DNA of 63,646 nt, the filler included, from Hausera hauseri (taxonomy: Eukaryota): assembly GCA_046269625.1 (NCBI GenBank). It is 11 parts of 11 records of this genome, joined end to end, with 100 filler letters (N's around TTAATTAATTAA, not from the genome) between each part and the next. Parts side by side here need not be neighbours in the genome. Positions count along the whole stretch, not along the records: positions 37,713 to 42,056 come from JBJURY010625997.1; positions 42,157 to 47,631 come from JBJURY010246515.1; positions 47,732 to 52,867 come from JBJURY010324717.1; 8 more parts are not named here. One strand, 5' to 3'. The notes under the pieces were generated by a model. That model worked only from the letters and a program-made list of their open reading frames with translations. It ran no database searches and was not told where the DNA came from. Positions 38,270 to 51,015 of this stretch are shown piece after piece; position 1 is the stretch's first letter, and every line of letters begins with the position of its first letter. Both the position numbers and the translations under genes were made by a program.

Positions 38270-41217
38270 TTGCGAAACTGTACCTCACATATGCTCAACT
38301 TCTTTCGGTCCAATACCACTTGTCCCATGTAACTTGGCCGGTCCAGAACGACTTCTTTTCTGTTTAATAGCACCGCAACCAATCTATCTTCAATGTGCAT
38401 CGACCACCGAAACTGCGCTTTACTCATATATGTGATCGACCGCTTTTCGCTATTGTATAGGCCTACATTGAGTCTCTTTTTCAGATTCTCCACTGTTTTT
38501 TAATACAGAAAATTGTTTTTCAGCTTGTAATAGTCCTTTTAGTACTTTGTACAAGTTGCGGCTCGTTTCTCCGAATTTCAATTTATATACTCCTTGAATA
38601 AAGGAGCCTAAGCAAATCGGATTGACGATGCAGCTGTGTGACGGGTACACCGAGCTGCATGTAGAACTGTAGCAGGCACAAATGGACCACGTAAATCAGC
38701 TTCAATTTATGAGTTATGAGCAGTTTTTTAACTATTGAGCCTGGTGGACATTGGTTAAATGGTGCGACCCTCAAATCGTTCAAAGCGTCATGCAGCTCAT
38801 CTGGTACCGCTAGGTCGACCTCCATCAGGTATCCGACTGAGCCTGCCATGTCTGCTCGTGGTAGATCGGCCATTATTTTGTCCAAATCTTGTCTGTCGAC
38901 AACCCATTCAAATGAACCGTACGGCAAGGGTTGAGAAAGCGCCCAGCCATACAGGTTATTAATATTGATATACAGCAGTGATGTGGTATCAGTAGCACGT
39001 ACTTGATGTTTGTTGACAAATGTCATGCAGCCGCGAATACCAACATCAAGCAGCCGGTATATTTCCGGGTCTTGCAGCAGCTCAATATCTTGATCCAGTG
39101 ACATTAGAGCTGACGCACAACTCATTCCCGGTATGGAAAAAACGTTGAGTGGCTCCAGCCTATCTTCAACCAACGCTTTCGCTCGAAACGCTTGGAACAC
39201 ATCGGCTAATAAGTATACGTCCAGTTTAAGATACTGGCGAATGTAATCCAACATGTTTCTACAGCCGAGTTTTGTCCAACACCTCCGTGCTTTCCAGTAT
39301 TCATCCTCTGCAATACCTGTCCATCGCGGCGGTAATTCCTCTGCTGTCCGGAATCGCTCATATTATCTTGCTAAGTCATGGAAATATGCCTTTACTGGGT
39401 GCAATATGTACAGAGAACTGTGTCAGTGCTATCGGCACATCTAGCAAGGCATTTACCAGCTTTGCCAATGGTTCATTGAGAAATTGCAATTAATCAAGGA
39501 AGCGCATCTGGAACCGGTTTGTATGAGCAGACAGTGACAGGTATTTCTCCATCGTAGTAGGAATTATGCATAGCTCCCAGTGTGGAAATCCGTTTATTGC
39601 CCATTTCAAAATATGGTGACAATCATAAGCCTGAAGTTATGAAATACCACCGGTAAGAATGGCCACACACGCCTTGCCAAATTGCATAAATTACATGCTG
39701 CTCCGAAATATTGACCAGTAAAATGAACGTGATCCGGTACAAGCCATTTCAGTGCATCAAAAGGTAATATTTTGTGGCACAGCTAACATTCATCTGTGAC
39801 TGCAAACGTCATGCGTTCACCTTCATCTGTTCATATCAAGGGTTTATTGCTATTTCTACTGTATCAGGGTACGATTTTGGTTTCTACTATGGTTTGCAAC
39901 TGCTGCAAAAAATCGCGTACACAATTCCATCCGTGGAAAACATAATATTGAGGTTGACTTGCGGCTTTTGTTGGGACAACCAACATACCGACGGCAATTG
40001 GAACATGCTTTTGGTCATATATGTTGTGCCGTAGTAAGATAGCTTCGATATCGGCTAATATTACTTATGCCGGACTGTCTGTTTTTGACCAATCAGTGAA
40101 CCTAAGTTCCTGTTTGACGGGTATGATATACATTGTGGTTCCTGACGAATTTTGTCTGTACAGAATCACATGCTTTTCCCATGTTGTTTCCAACCTGAAT
40201 CCATGAAGACATACAGGACACTATTTACATTGTATCACTTTTTGGAGGAAATGGTCATGCTCCATGTTCAGTAGTCTGTCCAGATTTGTCACTGCGACGT
40301 AATGGTACTTTTCTTTTTGTTCCAAAAGCAACAAATTTACTGAGCACTCATTTGGATTCAGACTGCGATAGATTATATCCATATGAGGACTTTTGCAAAT
40401 TTCTTCATCCACCGGTATTTCTACGATTGTGTTGTACCGGAACGCGTTGATTGACAGTGTGAGATTACGCCGTTCAAAAGCCGGAATGGATTTCAGTTTC
40501 ATCGGCATCCAGCTTTCATCGAAATCCAATTCGGAATAATATTTCTGATACTGATGTCTGTCCACTTCGTCATATTTCAATAACACCAGAATACTGTAAA
40601 GAAAACAGTATTTATCTTTAGTATTTTTTATATTCACTACCGGCAGACAATCTTCAGAGCTAAAAGTGTCGGTATAAATAATCGTCCAGATAAATATATT
40701 ATGTCACTCGACTTTGTTATGATAAAGGCGAGAATGACAATTCGTATAAATCGCCATCCACTACCCTTTTTCGTGTAGTTGGCGATTTTCCCGTCGAAAT
40801 TTTCACCTAAGTCGGCAATAAGATCATTGGCATATGGTACAGCTCGACGTGACAAATACTATTGTTTCCTGTCATCTTCAACGTTTTCAAATTCTGCAAG
40901 TGCATAATATTGCACTTTGCAATGTTGGTGTTGAAATTTCTCCACTTCTGATTTCAACCGGTTGCGCACATTTTGCTGAACATGTTTCAATGGCGTTTTG
41001 TTATTGTTGTTTTCGCCGACATGTTAGCTTTTATGTCCATATATGATCTGTTCCGATCGTACTTGATTGTAATAGTGGACAGATTTGCATTATGTTGCTC
41101 CTGTTGTTGTTGTTCTTCTTCTTCTTGTTGATGCTGTTGCTGGGTACTGCTTCTGATTAAATCGCACCTTATACCGCTCCTTCTTGTTGGTACTAGTGGT
41201 AGTTGCTGTGGTCTCAA
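38270..41217 (-). mobile_element. Polinton family B pPolB, degenerate
   Basis: KGSGWRF, NIKNTKDKYCFLYSIL, HYVAVTNL, YLKLDVYLLADVFQAFR, GIRGC, NNLYGWALSQPLPYG. Confidence 0.9.
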
Positions 41218-42156
41218 GGCTTAACTTTCTCAGCTATAAACATGTACCATTCTCAGCACTTAATTTGTATAAACTAAATGGAAGATTATATTGAAAGTGA
41301 AATTCAGAGATTGATCGATAGTATTTTGACCGGACATGTGTTTGATGTTGTTTTGTGATTCAATAACATTTTTTATGAAGTTGCGCTGGTGCAACTTTTC
41401 CGTGAGTTAATACGGTGGTTCAGCTACCATAAAGGCTAGCCTAAACCTTTATCATTTTACTTGTTTATTGTACCTCTACCATAATAGATAAAACGCACCA
41501 CAAAGTTGTAAATAAATATTAAAAGTCACCAAATTTACAAAAGAAAAACAAAATTTTATTGATACAATAAAAATAAATAACAAAATTAAGCGGCTGCTTT
41601 CAATTATTAATCAATACAAAAATCTCGTACCTGTAGCTATACTAGTCTTCGTCGACGACCGAACAATCAACCGGTCATCTAGTTCATTCGACATCTGTCC
41701 TTCGGCACCGTTTTCCAAACTGCCTTGTACATTCATCTTATGGTTAGGAATTGAAATTCTGTCGTAAAACTAAGAAAATTATTAAAATAATTTACAAGTT
41801 AATTGGATTACCAACAAAAGGTCTTCAGTAAGAATTCTTCTGCCACTGAATCAGCGCTGAGAAATCTTATTTGCACTGTGGCGAAATCCGCGTTCCTCGC
41901 AAAATCGTGTGATCGTCGCAAAATTTTGGTTGTCGCGAAAATAATGTGTTCTTCGTCAAGTCCGTCGCAGAACGTTGTCGCAAAAATATTGTCCGCAAGA
42001 TTTTTTATAAATTATGTTAAATTTGTGGTCATTTGGGCGTAGTTTATATAGTATTTNNNNNNNNNNNNNNNNNNNNNNNNNNNNNNNNNNNNNNNNNNNN
42101 TTAATTAATTAANNNNNNNNNNNNNNNNNNNNNNNNNNNNNNNNNNNNNNNNNNNN

Positions 42157-45100
42157 CAACAAGCAGAAAACGTCAAGCATCAAAAAGTCTTGACGAATAC
42201 CTGCAAAGCAGTAATACGGAGCGGCAGCAACAGCAGGTACCGCCCATTACTGTTAAGTATGATCTAAACATATCGTACGTGGACATAAAAGTAAACATGT
42301 CGGTGAGATCAACATCTCAACTGAGGCATGTGCCCTCTCATGTGCGTAACCGGTTAGAAACCGAAGTGAAGAAATTCAAAAACCAAAACTGCAAAGTACA
42401 ATATTACGCACTTGCATAATTTGAGAATCTGCAGAGTGACAGGAAACAGTGGTACCTGTCACATCGAGCAGTTCCATATCCCAAAGATTTCATTGCCGAT
42501 ATAGACGAAAAGCTGGACGAAAAAATTGCCAACTACACCGCAAATGGCAGTGGTTGGCGAATAATAAAAATCGTCACTCTTGGTTTTACTATAACAAAGT
42601 CGAGTGACATAATTTACCTGTACGGACGTTTATTCATACCGACACCTGAAGCTCTAAAGCACTCTTATGCGGTAGTGAATGTAAAAAATACGGACGATGA
42701 TTACTGTTTTATTTACAGTATTCTGGCGGTATTAAAATATGACGAAGTGGACAGGCATAGTGCATATCGTTCAAGTCAGTATCGGCAGTATTTCACGGAA
42801 TTGTAATTGAACGAAAATTGGATGCCGATGAAACTATAAACCATTCCAACATTTGAACGGCGTAATCTGAAGCTGTCAATCAACGTGTTCCGGTACAATG
42901 CAATAGTTGAAATACCGACAGACGAAGAAATTTACAAGAATCCACATGTGGATATAATCTATCGAAGTCGGAACCCGAATGGACGAACAGTAAATTTGTT
43001 ATTGTTGGAGCAGGCAGAAAAATTTTATTATGTGGCCGTAACAAATTTGTACCGACTGTTGAACATGGATTACCATCAGTTCATCGAAAAGCGTATACGT
43101 TGTAAATGGTGTCCTGCATGTCTGCATTGCTTCAGATCAGAAACCACGTGGGAAAAACATGTGACACTTTGCGGACAGAATGCATCAGAAACAACAATAT
43201 ACGTCATGCCAGTCAAAAAGGAGCTGCGATTTAGTTACCGGTCTAAAACGTACAGTCCAGCATATATGGTATATGCTGATATTGAGGCAATCCTACCACG
43301 ACACGACGTGTACAATCAAAAACATGTTCCAATTGCCGTCAGAATGTTGGTTGTTCCAAGGAAAGCTGCAGATCAACCGTAATATTGCATGTTTCACGGT
43401 TGGGACTGTGTGCGTAATTTCCTGCATCATTTGGAAACAATAGTTTAATCGGAAATCGCACCGTAGTATCGCAATAACAGCACAAAACCCCTGATTTGGA
43501 CAAATGAAGACGAACGCCTGACGTTTCCAGTCACAGAGAAATGTTATCAGTGCTACAAAATATTACCATTTGATGCACAGGAACGGCTCGTACCGGATTA
43601 TGATAATTTTACCGGTCGATTCCTAGGAGCAGCATGCAATTCATGCAATTTGGCAAGGCGTGTGCGGCCATTTCTACCGTGATCTTTCATAATTTCCGAG
43701 GTTATGATTGTCATCATATACTGAAATGGGCCATTAACGGATTTCCGCACTGGGAACTGTCCATAACCCCAACAACAATGGAGAAGTACCTGTCCCTGTC
43801 AGCACGCATAAACCGGTTCCAGGTGCGCTTCCTTCATTCATTGCAATCTCTCAATGAATCACCGGCGAAGCTAGTAAATGCCTTGCCGGATGTGCCAATA
43901 ACCTCAGCGCAGTTCCCCACACATATTGCACGCAGAAAAAGCATATAGCCATATGACTTTGCAACATCATATGAGCGACTCCGGATGACAGAGGAATTAC
44001 CGCTGCGATGGATAGGCATCACAGAAGCTGAATATCGAAGATCACAATAAACTTTGACAGAGTTGGGCTGTAAAAACATGTTGGATTACATACTCCAGTA
44101 TCTTAAAGTGGACGTGTACCTGTTAGCCGATGTGTTCCAAGCATTTCGGGCGAAAGCGTTTGCGGAAGATAGGCTGGAGCCACTCAATTTTTATCCCATA
44201 CTAGGAATGAGTTAAGCGTCAGCTCTAATATCGCTGCAAGACCCGGAAATGTACTGGCTGTTTCATGTTGGTATTCGCGGTGGCACGACTTTTGTCAACA
44301 AGCATCAGGTCAGTGCTACTGCCATTACCGATACCACATTACTGCTATATATTGATGTTAATAACCTGTACGGCTGGGCGCTTTCGCAACCTTGCTTACG
44401 GTTCATTTGAATGGGTAGTCGACAGACAAGATCTGAACGACATAATGGTCAACCTACCACAAGTAGACATGACAGGCTCAGTCGGATACCTGATGGAAGT
44501 CTATCTCGAGATATCGGATGAGCTGTATGACGCTCTGGATGATTTACCGGTCGCACAATTTAATCAATGTCCGCCAGGCTCAAAAGTGAAGAAACTGCTC
44601 ATGACGCATGAACCAAAGCTGAATTATGTGGTCCATTGGCGTTTGCTACATTTTTACATGCAGCTCGGTGTACGCGTCACACAGATGTACCGCGCATCAA
44701 ATTCAATCAGGCGCAGATATTCAAGCCGTATATTGACGGAAATTCAGAAAAACGAGCCGCAGCTTGTACAAAGTTCGAAAAGGACTACTACAAGCTGAAA
44801 AACAATTCCCTGTACGGGAAAACTGTGGACAATTTGAGAAAGCGGCTCAATGTGCGCCTGTGCAACAACGGAAAACGACTAGTTACGTACACTAGTAAGG
44901 CTTAGTTCAGGGGATCAATGCACATTGCCGATGGATTGGTCGCCGGCAAAGTCACATCGGACATGTGGTATTGGACCTGAGCAAGTTGTGAATGTACGAG
45001 CTCCAGTATTGCGACATGGCACGTTACCGGCAAATGTTTGAAAACGGCGGCTGCGAGATCAATATCGTTGCCAGTGACACAAACAGCTTTTTCCTTGAGC

Positions 45101-45560
45101 TGAAAAACATCAGTCAAGACCAGCTGCTCCGACAAATGATGTCAGATGGACTACTGGACACTTCCTACTATCCACCGGATCATCTGTTGTACAGCAGCGC
45201 AATCAATAACAAAATCGGTTGCTTCAAGGATGAAAGTGAATGTCGGATTTTGTATCGGGAATGGATATTCCTACGCCCAAAGTGCTACAGTCGTCTGATA
45301 GACTGTGGCCGAAAATGCGGGCAAAAGGGGTCCAGCTGAGACAGACGGAAATCGACCACGGTGATTATCGCTGTATCTAGGAAGAAGAAGAAGGCCAAGG
45401 ACAATCAAAGGTTGTTGTTTCTGAAACGATCATCCAATCGATTGAGCACCAGCTGTATACGGTAACAAATAAAAAAGTCGCTTTATGATGCAATGATGAT
45501 AAGCGTAAGTGCGTGGGGCAAAATAAGAGTTGGGCATATGGACATAGGAGGTTGAAATAA
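42157..45560 (+). mobile_element. Polinton family B pPolB, near full length, degenerate
   Basis: NGSGW, NVKNTDDYCF, VYADIEA, FTGRFLGAACNSCN, FHNFRGYD, YKLKNNSLYGKT, SDTNS, KIGCFKDE, LRPKCYS. Confidence 0.92.
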
Positions 45561-45851
45561 GACACATTCGGTGTTGTCAGATCAGATCAGATCAGATACA
45601 GACAATTTAATATTGTGATAATTATTGATAATTACCTTTTGTACATTATTTTATTTTAATATTAATAACGTACTTTGTTCGGTGTCTTTTGTGCCTTGTT
45701 TTTGGTTACTTACTTAACCTATTATTATTAAGTAAGATAGGGTAAAAGTATAACAATAACTTTGCATTAGTAAACAAAATATGTAACACAAATACATTTA
45801 CTTATTGATCGGAGAAAAACTAAAATTATAAAAACACACAAATTAAGTCAG

Positions 45852-46299
45852 TTAAATCATAGTAAACTTCCATATTGGGGATTTGACGCAGCTAATTTCT
45901 TTGAATCCTTTGAGCTTCAGTGTCAGGTAGCTTTTATCTCCTTCCGGTGGCAAAACCGCTGCTGCTGTTTCTCCACCGCCATGTGAACTGACTATTTTTG
46001 CCATACTTCCTTTGAGAAAAATCAACGATGTATCTCGGATATCGTTACTCAACGCCATATCACTGTCAACTTTTCTAATTGTATTCCATCGTATCCAAAT
46101 CATCTTCGCTGATCTTTTACACCAATAGGCCATATTTCACCGGTTTGATTTTGAGTGTTTGCGTCAATGGCAATTGAATAGCGTTGCGCAGATAATGTAA
46201 GTTGTATCCACTATACAACCGTGAATTTACTGGCGAATATTCGCTGTACCTTGGCTTTTTTGAGAGACAGTCACCTACTGAATTGTTTTTCAAAGCCAT
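45852..46299 (-). pseudogene. Polinton accessory gene X1, copy 2
   Basis: Homologous to 25570-26070. Confidence 0.6.
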
Positions 46300-46593
46300 T
46301 GTTTAAATAAGGCAAACGTGAACTGAAATTGCATCCATAATTATACCAAAGGTTTGTTTTTGTTGTAAGCAATAGACATTTACTTTGTGAGTATTGTCTC
46401 ATATCACAATGATACAAATTACCCCCATGTTACTGAAGTCATTTGTAATGTGTACAATTTCCATTATAGTCCATGATTACTTTTATTATAACCTACCAAT
46501 ATTTATGGTTTTTGAATTATACAACTGACCAATACTGCTAAACATGATATGAACATTATTTTCAGAAAGAAGGAAATACGTATATTCATTTAT

Positions 46594-47090
46594 TTATTTG
46601 CATGAAATATAGTTAATACAAAACAGTAGGCATTTTTTGTATGCATAATGCGGTCCATGATCACGATAAGAACATCTAATATTGTCAGGTACCATTGCCA
46701 GCGAGCTGTTCGATGTTGTTGAAAATGTCTTCATTCGCAACTCGGAAAACTGTGAATGAAGTTGTATAAACTTTTGTCCGTCAATTTGATCTTTAATGTG
46801 AAATATTGTATTTTCGATGTCACAACAATCATGAATCTCGCCCATAATACACGTCACACAGTAAACTGAATCACCTTCATACCAATGAAGTCCATGATGA
46901 TGTCAAAAGAGAAATCCATTTGTAAATTTCGCCTTTTCCCTAAGGTCTTTTCACACAATACCATGCTTGAATATGTACACAAGCAGTTCGAAAATGTTAC
47001 CGACGTCCATAATGCATAATTCCTTTATTATGTACCGGGAAATATTTATCTTGGAAAGCTTCAATATTTATAAATCCTGTCGCCATTACT
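46594..47090 (-). pseudogene. DEDD-like nuclease, copy 2
   Basis: Homologous to 58373-58863 and 26841-27340. Confidence 0.6.
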
Positions 47091-47164
47091 TATCTGATAC
47101 AAAATCACTTTTTGTTTTTAACACTTGTAAAACAACTAACTATTATTATTATCATTACAAATCA

Positions 47165-47631
47165 CTAAACATAGGTGGTTTTTTCCATATCCAAAGACAA
47201 ATTATTTGAGTTCATTTCGTGTTGTCGATTCATTGACGCAAAGCAGTCACCATTGTTCCGGTGACATTACATTGAATTCTGCTTCTTCACAGCAAAGAAA
47301 AACGATTTGTGTGATTGCACTACTTTTCGAAAAAGCATAGTTCCCCGGATTGGTTCTCCACCAACACCTTAATTTCACCACGAAAGTGTGAATTAGTGAC
47401 GCCGCTAACAACGGTCAGTCCGCACTTTGCCAATTCTCTTTTTGATAAAAGTTGGCCGTAGTAACCGAGTGGGATCGCCAATCAAATCCCAATCGTTAGA
47501 CATTTGATTGTGCTGTCCAGAATTGTCGCAATGACATAGGAAAACACATCGTAGCCTGCATTGTTTGCTGTTACAAGTCTCGGTACAAAGGCATTTTTGT
47601 CTGTTAAGATAATCTTTACATCATTCATTAT
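47165..47631 (-). pseudogene. dUTPase, copy 2
   Basis: NAGYDVF, AIPLGYYGQLLSK, FRGEIKV. Confidence 0.85.
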
Positions 47632-49204
47632 NNNNNNNNNNNNNNNNNNNNNNNNNNNNNNNNNNNNNNNNNNNNTTAATTAATTAANNNNNNNNNNNNN
47701 NNNNNNNNNNNNNNNNNNNNNNNNNNNNNNNCGCAGAATAGGTGCGGTTTTATAAAGATCACAAAGATCATTTAACAGACTTCAAGTCAAAGTGCAAGAA
47801 GACCATCTTCAGTGAGCAATCCAATCCTGACGCTACACAACCAGTTATAGATGCAGCACAACCGATTGCAGATGCAGCACTACCGGTTACAGATGCTGCA
47901 CAATCAGTTCCACAAACTTCAACGCAACACACCTTAACCTAGAACCCTGAATCAATGGCGCAGCAGCACACAGGATTAAAACGTGCCGAGACACATATTC
48001 CAAATGCTCCACCAAATAGTCAAAGGCAGCTAGCAATTGATATCGCAGCATTGAAGAGCAAAACCCGCAGATATGACATATCAGCAACTGACCAAACAAC
48101 GCTCAATGAGTTTATGGAATATACAAAGGATGAAACCATGGGGATTCTCAAAGATAACGTGGTGGAGCTCAAGGCCCTTAAAGTCAACTTAANNNNNNNN
48201 NNTTAATGGCCACATTCACAAATGTTGATGATGAAGAATCAAATCGGGCCTTCAAGACTAAAATAGGCCAATATTGGAAACCACCAATACTTCAGAATGG
48301 CTGCATTATGTATACGCGAAGCTGATACGTGAAGCTGAGGAGAGCTAGGACAAGAAGAGCGGATGGACTTTGCCAACCATAAAAAGATTGCTTATGTTCG
48401 TACACAAGTATTCCCCCATGCGGGGCAGCTCTTATATATAGTTTTCGGAATGGACTGTTAAGGAAAAAGCATGCATCAATGTCCTTAATGATGATGCAAT
48501 GTGTTTAAAACATTCCATTCCATCAAAACTCATAACGAATCAGAAACATGTATGTCGAGTTTGGTTATATAATTATCTACAGCACAATTATGACTTCAAA
48601 TGTATTATGTCCCCACCATCCTTAGATGAAGTCAAAAAATTTTGGCGACCCAACAATATATCCATCAATATATTTGGATTGGAGGTAGATAAATCCTATC
48701 CACTACAAATATGCGATGCTGAATTGGAAGACCATAGGGATCTGCTCCTGCTAAATGATGGAGAAAAGAAACATTTTGTTTGGATCAAAAACTTTGAGTG
48801 TCTAGTAAGATCCCAAATAACAGCAAATCATGCAAGAAATCAAATAATAAAAGATGTCTGTCTGATTTCGGTGGCTATGCAGCTGTGGAGAAGCTTGCGG
48901 AGCACAAGATGTACTGCAAGAACAATTATTGTATCAGGACAGAATTTCCCAAGGAGGACATATAGAATTTAAAGAGTTTGAAAAGAAGCTGAAGGTAACA
49001 ATAGTCATCTACTGCGACTTTGAAGCAATCTTGAGTCCACTTTAGAGTTGCAACCAAATCCGCAACAAAGCAGCATAACGGCATATCACAATCATACCAA
49101 TACCATTCATTATATTGTACGTATGTAAAAGGACTGGACAAGGACCCATTTCTATTCAGGAGTCCAAATACAGTAGCACATTTTATGAAGCGATTAACGT
49201 GACC

Positions 49205-51015
49205 TACATTGAAATTGAGACAGAAGTAAAAAGTCTACCTTCGTTTTTCAACACAAATAATATAAATTTGTTATATTTAAGAACATTATGAACACTTATT
49301 AATGCAAGAAAAGTTTACTCCTCTTCGTGCTGCCTTAGAGCAATTAGCTGGTACTTTCTTCAGTGCTGTTATGAAGGAAGATGTATGTATTTTGTTGAGG
49401 ACTGATCTTGCCTACCTTATCAGAGAATCTGCAATTTTGGCTTGAAAATTATTAGAGTAAACAAAAAGTTTGAAATGAGTTTATTATGCCTTTCGTATGA
49501 AACTTTCAATTGATTGAGATGATTAATTCTGGTAAGAAATAATACCTTAACGGACTTTCCACAACATCTTCACATTTATTTCTGCTAGACAACATGTCAT
49601 CTTCCACAATACTGTCAGTTAGACTGATGTAATTGTTCTTGATCAATTTACACAAATCCAGCAGTTGATCAGCATGCGGATACCGATTGAGTGATTTGGG
49701 AAAAGAACCATTGGATTACCAAAAAACGATAGTAAAATTGGTCTCCGAAATTCATATTGCAAAACTGGATTACAAGTTTGAATGATGGGATATTGCCCAT
49801 TCATCGAAATATTTCTCCAAGGATCGATTTTGAGTGGCTTTAACAATGTTATTATAGCATTTGGAGCCGCAACTGTACTTGCCATAAATTTTAATACCTG
49901 TACCACCAGCTCACTATCAATATCTTTCGCTTTGTTGTGGGCGGTATCAACTTGGTCGGATTTATTTTTCTTTAACCGAAGTGATAATAATCGGCTTTTC
50001 TGGCATTCAAATGATGTCGAATACTTAAATTAATTTACATAATGTGTAGCATTTATAATGAATTAATGTAACAATCATTTCCAGTATTATAAAGTGGTAA
50101 AGGTGTTTTGTAGATAGATTCATGAGGCGGGAGATCGGGTTCGACTATAGACCCGACGCGGTGGCCACGGACGCCCGGCCGTGCCAGACCAAATAGGCCA
50201 AAGGGCACCGACCGCCGTGGGCACCACAGAGTCCAAAAATCCTCAATTTGTCTAAGCTGAGGAACATTACGAGTTTCATATCTTTTGGGATATAATGAAT
50301 GCCCAGATAGGTCATTGTGTCTAAAGCACTTTAAGCGTAGTGTGCGGATGCTAACTCAAGTCAGAAGACAACCGCATTACCAGCATGTTTCTCCCGGGTG
50401 AATTTACCAATCTTAGGCAAGCATTTGGTATGATAAACATCTCATGTGATGGCCAAACCACCTTTGATAAACACTGGATCAGATATGGCACGCTCACTGA
50501 TAGCTAACCATAGCAACACCTTCTTTGGAAACTTTGCACGTGGTATATACTTTACAGTTTCACTTATTAGGGAAGCCTTTGACTGGTAGAAGTATTTTCC
50601 TTGCCAATCATTTCCAACAACCGTCAGATATATCACGTCATCCACCACACAAACTACATTTGACTTGGCAGGGAAAATTTTTGTCACTAACTTTTGCAAA
50701 CGGCTTCGTTAAGTTTTTACATGAAGTGGAGAAGCAGCTGGCTTGCTTTTGCGTGCTCTTCTGGCAATCCCCATATTCTTCAAAATGGATTTCCACAGTT
50801 CTATAATAACAAGTAAAACGTTTTGACAAAGATGTATATGACTTTGCCGCCTCCATAGCAGTAGCCATTTTGAGTAAACGCTTCACATTTGATTTACCTA
50901 AAGTAGTTTTTTTGCCCGAACCTGCTTTCCTTTCTAATGGTTTATTTGTCTCTAGCTATTAAAGAAGTCTGTACACTGTAGCATGTTACATAAGGATTTG
51001 GATAAAATGAGCATA
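49205..51015 (-). mobile_element. Tc1/mariner-like DNA transposon remnant
   Basis: ATVYR...LERKAGSG HTH region; VVDD.IY; KFPKKVLLWLAISE; LASAHYA; IEDFW joined across the insertion to HFKLFVYSNNF. Confidence 0.8.
49481..50228 (-). mobile_element. Solo LTR (Gypsy family of 608-1012) with 4-bp TSD GAGT
   Basis: Begins TGTGGTGC on the minus strand; GAGT at 49477-49480 and 50229-50232; removing it rejoins the transposase frame. Confidence 0.8.
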
